DNA from: Dicyema japonicum | Lineage: Eukaryota > Animalia > Dicyemida | Direction of reading: 5' to 3' | Length of the DNA: 64,000 nt | Assembly: GCA_011109175.1 (NCBI GenBank) | Contig: RDEW01000029.1 | Span: 654,158-718,157 of the forward strand | Part shown: positions 51,716 to 63,214 of the stretch, piece by piece | How the letters are laid out: every line of letters begins with the position of its first letter | How positions within the stretch are numbered: the first letter of the stretch is position 1 | Translations under genes and position numbers: made by a program | The notes under the pieces: model-generated | What the model was told of the DNA's origin: nothing | Databases searched by the model: none | Seen by the model: the letters and a program-made list of their open reading frames with translations, nothing else

Positions 51716-54281
51716 TCTGATTCCTTAGACGACGCAGGAATTCGAGCTTCGAAGACGCAACTCCGAGTTGAACAAACAACATCTTACGACATTATTATAT
51801 CGTTTTGTTCTATCGGCCTTCTCGGTGCCGAGTGGCTCTTGAGGCACTTTGAAATAGGTGGTAAAGCTACCTACATTTTGGTAGTTTCTTGAACTGCGGA
51901 CAACTTGTGTAGGGAAGATAGGGAGATAGTTAATTACCATGCAACACTAGGAGAGTAAGAGACATTCAAGATTGCTAATTCTTGATTAATTTCACGAAAA
52001 CTTCCTTAATTAGAGGATTATCAGATGGGATCGTTTCCAAAGAGTTGTTTTGGTAAAATTTGTTAAAAAACATACTCTCAAGAGTTTTCTTCAAAACAAG
52101 AAGATTGTCTTTCGCTCATATTTCATTGACTCTGCATACTTAGCAGAATGAGATGTTTTTATTTATTTATTTATTTTAATAACCCGGGAACACCGAGAAA
52201 GAAAGACAAAAGAGTCAAACAGTTAGGTGATCCCAGTCCTCGCAATCACTTGTGCCATTCGACGTCTGTGATCTTCCATCGTCCCCACTACTTTCCGGAA
52301 AGCCTCTCTCGTCTGCAGAGGAATCCGATCGGGAGGGGAATTTCTTATCCAATCGGTTTTCTCTTGCCATGGGAAGGATCAGGCGAAGCGGATTTTTATC
52401 TTCTTCACAGACGCGAGAAATCCGGAGCCACGACTACGGATCTTAGCTTCCATGAGTAGTGGGTCGACTGTTGATCCATTACGTTGGCCTTGGAACGACG
52501 GTCCGACGTGAATGTGGAACAGATAGACTTGGTTGCAGAAATCGTTAGTCGATTGCCAACAATCCAATCGTGGAGAGTGTTCAATTTTGTCTGAGTTTTA
52601 AGGATGCGACTTGCGTCAAGCGGTTCCGTATTGCAATGACTACATCGTCTGCGTAGGATAATAGCAGGGAATCTTCGTCTCTTTAGGTAGTCGTGTAGGA
52701 ATAGGTTGAATAGAATTGGTGAAAGTGGAGACCCCTGGGGTACCCCGTTCGGTAGTAAATCGTGATCTAGATCTGAGATCACACTAACTACTCTTCCACG
52801 TCTTCCAGACAAAAGTTGGCAGCCATAATTTCACATTCGACGAATATTAGTAGAAATATTTTTCCAACCAGGATTTTCCTCGAAACAGTGTCAAAGGCTT
52901 TGTTGATGTCAATAGAAACCAAGATGTGCGTTTGTGAGGCGGAGGATGGGTGTTAAAACCGTCGGCAATGAACTGCGATAAAGTTGCCAAGTATGTAGCG
53001 GTGGACGTACCGCGGAGGAAACCATGTTGAAATATAGGACGCGGAAGATACGAAATAATGACTGATAATACAAGTTTCTCCATAATTTTTTGGCAGTGTG
53101 CTGGTAACGGAAATAGGCCTGTAGGATGCAGGTTCTGTCTCTGGTTTCCCAGCTTCAATATCGGTCTGATGATAGAATTCTTCCAAATTTGGAATAATAT
53201 TATAGTTATGGACAGGTTGTATATATGCGTGAGGTAGCCAATTGCGTAGTGGCTTAGGTGTTTTTGGTGAATAGAAGATACTTTGTCAGGCCCGCACGCC
53301 CGTGAGCTCTTTAATCTGGTATCACATCCAAGACTTGGTCATCTGTGAATAGTTCGTGGTAAGGTTCCTTCTTCGGTTTATGGGCACGCACCTTAATGTC
53401 CAGGTGTTTCGAGAATGGTTTGAAGCTAATTCCAGCGTAATGTTTCATAAGGGTGTTAGGATGTAGGTGGCATAAGTGTTCAGGAGAAGACTTTCCGGTT
53501 CCGTCTGCATCATCCAGCTCCGACTTGACTTGTTTAAGAGTTTTCCAGAAATGTCGGGATGTACTTTTCTTGTCGAGGTGGTTAAAAAGATGCTGGCATC
53601 TCTTGTCCTTGTGTTCTTTTGCTCTGACAGATCCTTTTAGTAAAAGACGTTCCAGGAAATGAGTCCAGCCAGAGAAGGTGAGCATAGTGTTAAGTCGGGG
53701 GATGTGCAGCTATCAGTCATCCTTAATGGGGTCCTCGTATTTGAGTTAGGGTTGTTCAGTATAATCCGGTCAGGAAGATAATTTGCAATGAGTTCTCCTC
53801 GGTTATCAGAGGATTGGGAAGTGAGCCAAACTGGATGTCGTGCATTAAGATCCCCACACAACAGTAGATTTTTCAATGTTGAAATGCGTGATAAATCAGG
53901 GGTGTAAGATGACGGACACGATCCTTGTGGAGGAATATATAAATTAGCCAAATGGATCTAAAAGGACGGGAATAACTCGATTTTGACAGTAATCTGCTCC
54001 AAAATCTTGTCGTAGCCAAGAAGCTCTGAGGTTCGTTGAGTTGTATCCATAAAAGGAATATCGTTCTTTATAATAGTAAGTAGTCCTCCTCCGCGTCCTC
54101 CCTGACGATCTTTACGGATCACTGTGTATCCGGGAAAAGAAGGTGTTGGTATGGAGGGAGATAGCTTGGACTCCTGTATTAAAGCGAGGTCAGCCTCATT
54201 TTTGCGGAGGAGTGCCCGGAGTTCAAAGATTTTCTTCCTGATCTCATTCGTATTCAGTTGTATAATTGTAAAACCTCTCCA

Positions 54282-54311
54282 TGGACCAGGATTGGTTTCG
54301 ACGTCCCCACA
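54282..54311 (-). other. 2A-like peptide (CGDVETNPGP)
   Basis: DxExNPGP upstream of the APE domain. Confidence 0.85.
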
Positions 54312-54391
54312 TAGAAGAATCAAAAGTCTGGATAAATGGGGACACCAGACAGGGTCGAAGACACAGGAGATGAGAGGAGGGGAGAAGCTGT

Positions 54392-54451
54392 TGGCTCTTT
54401 TCGTTCCATTTTGGAATGGGTGACACCGTTTCTGGTGAGCCACATGACACC
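54392..54451 (-). ncRNA. Candidate HDV-topology double-pseudoknot RNA element at LINE 5' end
   Basis: GGTGTC ATG TGGCTC ACC AGAAAC GGT GTCACC CA TTCCA AAA TGGAA CGAAAA GAGCCA: P1 (one mismatch), P2, P3, P4; P2 covaries with the 59716 copy. Confidence 0.5.
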
Positions 54452-54594
54452 ACGCTAACATTCCTGTGTTTAAGTAATGTCTGAATGAGATGTTACTAGA
54501 CTGAGAGGCGGTTAGATGTCAATCAGTCGCACGAATTGTCTAGCTTCTTTTAAACCTTGGGAGCAGTTTCTTGTTGCGAATTAATTTGCTAAAA

Positions 54595-54945
54595 TAATTT
54601 ATTTATTTATTAACCCGGAGATCACCGAGAATGAATGATGAAAGTAAAGTCAACTTTTGGTGATCACAGTTCCCACAACCAAACGTGCCATCCTAAGCCT
54701 GTGCGTCTCCATTATTCCCACTGTCAAACAGAAATGCCTTCTTTGATCCTTGCAGAGGAAGCCAATTGGGGAGGAAATTTCTTAGCCAACCGATCTTCTT
54801 TTGCGTGGAACAGTGAGAGGCTTAGTGGGTGTCCATCTTCGTCGCAAATGCGGAGAAATCCAGAACCAAATCTACGAGTTCTAGATTCCGTTAGTAGGGA
54901 AGGCATTTTTGTTCCACATTGTGGTCCCTGCATACGTATTGTTTT
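54595..54945 (-). mobile_element. Vingi-like 3' fragment with hairpin
   Basis: GSGFLRICDEDGHPL, similar to the 21164 and 52158 copies; GATCACC..GGTGATCTCCGGGTT. Confidence 0.75.
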
Positions 54946-54949
54946 TTCT

Positions 54950-55550
54950 TATTATTAGTATTAAGGCACTTGCACGAAAGCCATAATGTTTATAGTGGGC
55001 ATGTGCAACACTCAGAAACAATATTTATAATTAATTTTTTCCATCTTCTTCTGTCGAATCCTAGTCATCTCAATTCGTCCAGGTATTCCCCCGTCTTTAA
55101 ATTTTTTCCCATACGATTTAGATCTTTATTTAAGGCAGTCAGAACTATCGATCTAGGTCGTCCGCGGAAGAGTTTGTCGCAATGTCAAAGGAATCTTCCA
55201 TCGCTTTGATACCGGCTGAGTCCGTGTTCATTCTTACTAAATGCCCAAATAGCCTCCACGAGCATCTATCACATTCTTGCTGATGTATGAACACATATAC
55301 TTGTTATAAACACCAGTGGTTGATATTCTCGTGGCCACTCCATTCCGAGTAAGCTTCTTAGTTGCCTTCTATAGAACGAATCCAGTTTCGATAGTTCGTT
55401 AAAGGAACTTCCCCAGGTCCCAGCGTTGTACCGGATGCTCTGACTTTAGTAATTAATATATTCGGTAATTTAGACGAATACAGCAGATTATTCGATGAGG
55501 TTGGTGGACTCATACGATCGTTGTGTCTTCATGGTTTGTGCTTGAATTAT
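54950..55550 (-). mobile_element. Internally deleted RTE derivative
   Basis: FRGRPRSIVLTALNKDL..DRRRWKKL C-terminus and a GTGCCTTAATACTAATAA tail, joined to upstream APE-like sequence. Confidence 0.6.
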
Positions 55551-55929
55551 TTTGCTAGGAAGTTTCCTCTAAATTTAAACGTGTTATTTGAGGAAGCTTT
55601 TCTACGGAAATTGGTATTTGTTTACATTATGTGATCAGTCGGAATGTGCCTGAAAGGATTACAAAAACTACTGCCATCGTCCATAGCCAGTTGTATATTC
55701 GACTATGGTACACCAAAAGATCAAACTTTGAGATAATCACCCACAAAAAAACGAATGGAGTCGATTTAGACATTTTTGGCTGAAATTTGTGGCTTTTTAA
55801 TAAACTACAAAAAAATTGTCGGTTTATTATTTTGCAGAGAAAACGAAGTGTGAAATCTTCTGTTCCCAAACGACCGCGTGACAATTCTGTAAATTTGTTA
55901 TATTACTGAAGGATTAAGAGTTTTCAAAA

Positions 55930-57200
55930 GCCATGAGACTGACAAATTATATAGGAATTAGTGGCCTTCTGTCAATCACATGCTATTCTGACAACTGCAT
56001 TCTCTCTCACTGGTTGCTAGACACTTTATTAGTTTTACTCTTAGTATATGAGGTAATATGAATGTTTAATATTAGAATTTAAAATTGCAGAATTCGGGGA
56101 GATTTTGTATCACATTGCTCGATGTTATTAAATATTACTGTAGAAAGTCATCTCTAATAGAGTATGTCCACAACTATTTGAAAGATGATCCTTGATTGGA
56201 GTTTGACTTTGCCTCTTATCACTTTCGTTGTTTGTGTTATCTTTCTAGATGTATTGGAATCTATTGAATGTACTTACTTTTGTCCAACACCCCAAATATT
56301 TACTGGTTAAAGGTTAACTGCTAATTCATTTTGAGGAATAATGAATTATCGGGACAGTCAATTCTACGCATATGATACGTTTGTGACTCCAGAATTGGTG
56401 ATGATGCAAAACTGACTTCTACGTAAATGTTTATTGGTCTCCTCTCCTTTACGAAATGCCGGTAATGGACAGTTATTATATAAAACATCGGCTGACATGT
56501 ACTCCACGTGGAATTGTGGATATGTTATGTTCCGTTTACCCTCATTTCCTCACGTGGCATTGGTAGTCGATACCATTTTCAACCGATGAGACATCTCTAC
56601 ACTCAGGCGTGTGATTGTAGTTGTTGTGATGATTCTCTATTGATTGTTGATAATTTAATTCTTATATATTAATTGCAGTCATCTATTGAGGATTTGTTTA
56701 GGCGGGAAATTAAATTTGTTTGTTGTGGTGTTATTTTAGTATTGTTCTGTTTTTCTCAGAGACAATTCACACCTGATTATTGTTTGCATCTAAACAACTT
56801 TCGGTTGATCAAAGAGTTCTTTTCTTCATTCTCCTTGAATGACCCTCCTCGTTTATTATCGACCCAATTTTACATAGACCACGTGTACTATGAGTTGATG
56901 AAAATTATTGATATGATAATTAATAAGCTGTATAAGTTCAATGGTGAATATGTATGTAAATGTTAGATGTACAAACTCACAAATTGATGTGTTATTTGTT
57001 GGGACCCCGACTTGATGATTATGAAGTGATTAATGAAGTGCTAATATGGTATGGAGTTGATTTAAGATATGAAAAGACAGTGGGAACATCAAGTATTATT
57101 TTATTTAATATGATGGTCTTTCTAAATTTCCACCAATATCTGATGTAATGCAGACTATTGCCCAGACATCACTTGACTTTGCACATTTTATATTTCAAGG
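55930..57200 (+). CDS. Probable multi-exon host gene, unidentified
   Basis: Open segments separated by plausible ~23-nt GT..AG introns (e.g. GAG|gtaatatgaatgtttaatattag|AAT); no family recognised. Confidence 0.3.
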
Positions 57201-58254
57201 TTCACTACTCATTAATTTTAATAAATACTGGTTATTTGTAAGGAATTTGTAAGAATACCCTCATAGTCCTTTAAACAAATTATAATGCTATCTTATTTTG
57301 TATGTCTGTTCGATAATATAATCGTTCATGTTTTGAAGGAAAATAATCAATCTCAGCGACAGATTCTTAGAAATTATTGCAAAATTATTAATCGTTTAGG
57401 TACAATCTTTCGATTCAAACAATATTACTTATTTTTGTGACAGGGACACGAACAATCAAATTAGGATCAATAATTCATACTTAGCTTTTACCACCTATGT
57501 CAAAATGATTCAAAATGNGTTGGAACTCGGGAGGAACACCAAGCAAAATGAGATGGCTATTCGAGGCGCCGGAATTACCAGACGGCTATGTAGTTATTTA
57601 ATTTGTCGGTGATTTTTGGCTATTAATAATAATAATAATTCCAGATCGATGGTAACCCCTCTCATTCTATTAGAAGAGTGTGCTAACAACTCTCTCTTAT
57701 TCCTCATCTCTACATCAGAGTCATTCGAAATGTCTCTGTTGGAGATCAGTATGATGTCCTCACGGCATGCCATTTCTACAAGTTGGGAAATAGGAGAGGA
57801 GTACTCTTCATCGTATACCTTCATCCCATGCTTATGTTCAATGAACATACTTTCAAGCGTTCTCTTCAGAACAACCGATTTTATGTATGTCCTCTTTTAT
57901 TCTTCAATAGATAATTTATCCATATGATTGTTGAAACATCCTTAGACAACTCCATCCTATGTCAAAACCATTGGAATAATCTTCACTTGTCATTCATAGA
58001 GCAGCGAAAGTTCGTTTTAAAGCAAGTCATATTTGTGAAGTTTCTCAAACTTCAACTTGCTGTAGTCGGTCTTGTGAAGTAATTCACTTCGATTAAGGAT
58101 ACTTCGTTCTTTTTTTTGTCGTAAAAATATCAGATTTACTGAATTGGACTTTTGTTACTGTCATAATCGACGTGTCAACTCTGATTTCGACATTTTGAGT
58201 CGTCAATTGGATAATTCTTTTAGAAAAATAATCAGTTAATTTATCCCCAGTAAA

Positions 58255-59500
58255 GCATATTTAAAACTGCCATCTATCCAAAGTGGACCCCGCCGACATT
58301 ATCGACGTTGCGTTGCCTCTCACGATTGCAACAGAGATCAACTGGAGTAGCCACCGGGGTCTCACGTGCGTCGTGGCTTTTTAGTGTAGCTAAGCGTCCA
58401 AGCGAAGCGATTTTCCACTTATTCCTCCAGTTGTCTCGACCACTATCGGATAAAACGCGAATCGGTCGCGTAGCGCTTCGTACTTCTTCTCCTTTGCCAT
58501 CATCGTTTTTTCCGCGGAATACAGTGTGTCTACCGCGCTCCCGACAATGTTGGACGGGCAAAGCGTGTCGACACAAGTAGCGTCCCAGACCAAAGGTTTT
58601 CCCTCTTCGAATGGGAAAATTGTGATCCCGTCAGGACGTTTTCCGTCTCCTCTGTCCACACCAACAGGTTCTAGTATGGCTGGGTATCCCGAGACTCCAG
58701 GGCTCGCTTGACAATTCCGTTGATCGCCTTGTGTCTTGGGAATCGTCCTGCACTCCTTCGACAAGAGAGGGCATGGAGTCCATAACAATCGACGGTTGCG
58801 CCACATCGGCATTTGTTGGTCCGGCAAATCTCCAGTCCAAGTCTGGTGGAGATGCCGATGCGGACAGTATCGTCGTCAAGATGGGTCCCGACACTGCCAA
58901 CTGGGAGTGCATTGATCCATGCGCCACTCGATTCGCATCTTCCAGTGACTAGACATGCACGTCTGTGTTGGTTTGATTGGTTCAGAAGCCTCTCATATTT
59001 ATCCTCGCAGATGGTCCTGTAACGATCTTTCTGCTCAGGCATCATCCCCCTTCAAATGCTCCATCTCTGTGATTTCAGATGATTCTGTTTTGGAGTTGGA
59101 GAATCATCCTGACCAGCAATCGGCTGGAGCCCAAAGAGGATAGATAAGCAGGGCAAGCAAGATCTTTCGTTTAAGGGATTCCCAGTCCGCCCAGGCTAAC
59201 GGGTAGGGTCGCTTGGTCCCACCCTTGGTCGTCAAATTTCACATTTGTGATACGTTCAATAGTACTCCGGAAGAGGGAATCGATAGCATCGAGCTGTTGC
59301 ATTTTCAAATAGCAGGTGCCCCCCGAAGAACGTAGTTCAGTTTCTGTGTTGATAAGGCGTTTCTCAAGAGGAATAGGGAGGTGTGTGCGTCCAGCATCTC
59401 CAGACGTCTGAATGTTGTTTTTAGTTGATGTTCTTTTGTTCTTAGAGTGTTACTGATTCCAGCATCAGTAAGAGGGCATCCAAGTATTTCCAGTCGTCAA
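58255..59500 (-). mobile_element. CRE-like RLE non-LTR retrotransposon, 3' half
   Basis: QATLPVSLGGLG; SGAWINALP..RIGISTRLG; CRCG..HALSC; RHKAINGIVKRAL; GKRPDGITIFPF..LVWDATCVDT; RLSVAIVRGNA. Confidence 0.88.
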
Positions 59501-59617
59501 TAATAACTGAATCGAATTTCCTTTCAATTTTTTGCTTCTTTTGATTTAAATTAAATATAATTATTAATTTTTATTTAATTTTAACAAATAATCCTGTCTC
59601 ATTTTTGTCTCAGGTAA

Positions 59618-59951
59618 AAAAAAAAATTTGCCGCGTGGCTCCATGTGGTGCTGCGTTGTTAATTGGTTTAATTTTTCTGCTTGCTAGTCTGTCCCCTCTC
59701 TCTTCCTAATAGAGTGGCGTCATGTGATCCACCTGTCTAGGTGACGCCCAGTGCCAGGCCGGCATGTAAAAGGATCATTTGCTCTTCCCCAATCCACTGG
59801 AGGGGTTTTCACAACTGCATGTAATGGACGACTTACCCTTTATGCTGATTCCGGATGGACTCTGTTTCTGTAGAAGTTGAAACTGGATACACTTAATTAG
59901 TTGTTTACTTTAACTTTTTTCTCGGTGTATCCGGGGTAAATATATAAATAA
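59618..59951 (+). mobile_element. Non-autonomous Vingi-derived short element, copy 4 (most complete)
   Basis: 15-bp TSD TTTTGTCTCAGGTAA at 59603-59617 and 59952-59966; GCCGCGTGG start; pseudoknot 59716-59777; 3' hairpin. Confidence 0.9.
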
Positions 59952-60109
59952 TTTTGTCTCAGGTAATTTTGGTACAACATCATTGTCTTAGTTGTGTTTC
60001 AAAATTATATCATATTAACATATTTTTAGACATATTAGATATTATTGTAAAATTAATTAAATTGAAATAAATTTTAATTTTCGTAACTATAAATATTTAA
60101 TCTTTGTAA

Positions 60110-61152
60110 TTGTTAATGTCCCGAAATTTGTCTCATGAAAATAGGCGTTTTATTATTAATGTGTATTCCAATGGATCCACAGCTAAGTCAATTACCGAAA
60201 ACCTATGTATCTCTGCGAAAACTGTTTATCGAATTATTGGAGACTTCAAAGATTCAAAAAAAGTAATTCAAAAGGCGGTCCTCGAAATATAAAAATCACT
60301 ATAGAAATTTCTCTGTTTACAAATAATGAAATATCGGATTCGTGTGATATTTCTTGTAAAGAAATAAACTCGAAAATATTTGCTAAATTTGGTTTAACGA
60401 TCGGAACATCAGCGATCCATTATCATTTAATTCAACTTATTCAAGAACGAAGAATATCACTGATGTGGCTGCTTTACGTAAACAATATGCCAAAGAATTT
60501 ATTGGCAAACTATCCACTACTCTAGAATACAAAATTTTTTTTGTGGATAAAGTTCGTTTATTACTTTATAATTTTAGGTTGGATTCAATGTATCAATGAG
60601 GAACAACTACGGGAAAGCAAAAAAGGGCCAAACGCACACTCTAGTGGTTAAATCAATCAGATCAAGGAATATTAGTGTGTGCTGTGCAATTTCAAAGTCG
60701 GGGATCATATTTTACAAAATTTCAATGAAGCCATATACACGGAAAAGGATATATAAATGATCTTTTCGAATATTTGGTAAATGAAAAAAATTTAAAAAAT
60801 ATTATGGTGATCTTGATAATGTTCCATTTCTGAAAAAGTGCTTTGATAAAGGAAAAATTGATAAAACAATAACCAACTGAAATTATTGCCTCCTTATTCT
60901 CTTTTTGAATCCTATTGAGGAATATATTCTCTAAGTGGAAAAAATAGTGAAAAATCTAAAGTCAACAAGCGAAGAAATGCTTTTCTCTGAAATAGAAGAT
61001 GCAGTCAAGACGATTTTAAGATGATTGCAAATCATTTTACATGAAAATGATGGGTGAAATAAATAGACTAATCTTAACTAAAGAAATTCTCACTTTGATG
61101 TGAATGATTCTCATTTTGATGTGAACAAGTTGTCACTTTGAATTGAAAACCC
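60110..61152 (+). mobile_element. IS630/Tc1-like transposase remnant with right terminus
   Basis: HTH ISAKTVYRII; NISVCCAISKSG; DNVPF; LPPYS; ends AAAACCCTG|TA like the 8739 MITE. Confidence 0.75.
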
Positions 61153-62179
61153 TGTATATTAGTCAATTTTGTAACGCAGTTTTGAATGCCGTTGCTATGA
61201 CGTTATCAGTTTCTTCCATTTCTCTTTGTCTATTCCAATCCGTTAGTTCATCGGATTCTTCCCATTGACATCCTTCCAAACCTGTCGGAGTTGATAAATT
61301 AGGATGACGGGAGAGTAAGTCATGGCAGTCTCCGGAAGCAAAGAGCTTCGTGTGTCATCCAATCTCTTGTAATCATGTATGAGTATATGTTGCTTCTATA
61401 CATTCCATAATGTCGTCATGAGGATATTCCTAAATCATTTGTTATCTACGAAATGTGTTTAAGTCCAAATTTGACCTAGCTTACGTACTGAATTATAGTG
61501 TATCACTGATTTATCTAATTAGTCATAAGAAAAGATTTATGCATCCTAACAATCATCAAAGCTGTTCCGAGATACTTCAGGAATTCCATACTATCGATTC
61601 CACATAGGGAGCCTTGCTGATTCCCTTTCCATTTCCGCAGAAGAATCTTGCATTAGATTTTTACTGACAACTTTTCCTTGGAGACCAAACGAGACTCATT
61701 TTGTCGAATTCAGTAACAAATTTCATTTTCTTGGAAATAATCATAAAAGTCGATATCAGTAAAATTAAAAAATCAATAATTAAAAATCCTAAGCACAATT
61801 TAGCGATAGGTTGAGATCCACTGGTTTATACAATAATTGTATAAAGTATCTGACATAAAAATTTTCAAGCCTAGATAAAAAAGTAATTCTTGCAGTTGTA
61901 GTGGAATGGGGGAGACCCATGATCATTTTAATAATAATAGTAATAATTTTCGCGTCACCCTGGCAGATGAGAAAAGTGGATTAAATGGGACTATTCTAAT
62001 AAAGCTGAATAAAAGAAAGAACAGAAGAATAGAAAAGAAATCTGAACAAATTGCCAATGGAAAAAATCTAATCAACAGATTATTGTTTATGATGACATGA
62101 GAAGTACTAACTGACAACAAACTCAGCTTTATTTACTAGACAAATAATTTATTTAATATCTAGTATCACCGACAAAATT

Positions 62180-62250
62180 TATTTATTTAACAACCTAAGA
62201 CCACGGTAAACCAAACTAATTATCACGTGATTCAATGCATTCCNCATACT
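62180..62250 (-). mobile_element. ~65-nt LINE 3' tail with hairpin
   Basis: GAATCACGTGATAATTAG..CCGTGGTCTTAGGTT plus (AAAT)n; same family as 3062 and 28700. Confidence 0.75.
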
Positions 62251-62898
62251 CTGGATGTCGACTCCCAAAGAGCGGGGTCATGGCCTGGAGACAGGAAAAT
62301 TCATTTCCATCCAAATACTTCCAGCTGTGAACCATAATCAGGCCCAAAGTGACAAACACTGACTCAACAAGGGCCAATTCTGTTGGATACTTCCTCAGCA
62401 GTTTGTTCACGGCTCGCATTACTTTCGGGAAAAATGGCCCAAACTCGTCCACCAGGTCCCTGGATAGTCCAAGGAGACATCTATAAGTGAATTTTGAGAA
62501 AATACTCTAATATGTGGTCAACCGACTGGATGTCCGAATCTGACAGACTTTCTGACACGTGTTTTACCAGTTTATTCTTAATTCGATTAAATGAAGTACC
62601 TTGTTCAGGAGAAGAAGGGGTAACTGCAAGAGAAGGGAAATATTTGGGAGTGGAAGAGTTCTAAGAAATAAATGAGTTAAATACCAAAGGATTGTCCGCT
62701 TGGAAGTTCATTTGATAGGGCTGATTCGAGGAACGTGTTTTTATCCTTGAAATAAAAAGAATTTATACATTTGGAAGTTCAAGTTAACGTATTGGTCGCT
62801 TACCTATCCTCAATTCGAGTTGGGAGACACGTTTGGAATGTTTAATAAACTCAAATGACTTGTGATATTACCTTTAGTCGTTCTTTTTCCAGACTCAT
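62250..62898 (-). pseudogene. UTP20: UTP20 5' fragment (micro-intron gene) ending at an N and a LINE tail
   Basis: Spliced reading FIKHSKRVSQLELRI..KNTFLESALS..CLLGLSRDLVDEFGPFFPKVMRAVNKLL..LVESVFVTLG matches the UTP20 N-terminus as recalled; 22-25-nt introns; one homopolymer frameshift; may be an assembly join rather than a true pseudogene. Confidence 0.65.
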
Positions 62899-63214
62899 CA
62901 ACCAAGTATCACGTGTTTAAGTTTAAAGAAAATTAACTAATTTTAAAAATAATATTTTTTAACTTTCGAAATTTATTAATTTAAATTTAAATAATAATAA
63001 TAATAATAAATTGTTCTTTTTAATTTCAAAAATACAGTACACCATCATTAATCAGAACTTCAATAATCCGAAAATTCAAAATCCGAATTCTTTGATAAGT
63101 CAGAAAAATTTTACCAAAATTCCATACAAACAGGCTTCAATAAACCGAAATTTCCTTATCCGCAATCTAAAATTTCTGATTAATTTATTTTTTATGTACA
63201 ATTAATTAATTTAA

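Larger units (their letters stand above)
52158..54482 (-). mobile_element. Vingi/Ingi-like LINE with both ends, internally deleted
   Basis: 12-bp TSD GAATGAGATGTT at 52146-52157 and 54483-54494; LLILLCGDVETNPGP 2A; APE and partial RT; 3' hairpin and (AAAT)n. Confidence 0.88.

Noticed and set aside
59630-59660. tRNA-derived SINE head (A-box-like TGGCTCCATGTGG)
   Set aside because: No B-box or cloverleaf; the 5' end is shared with the LINE instead.
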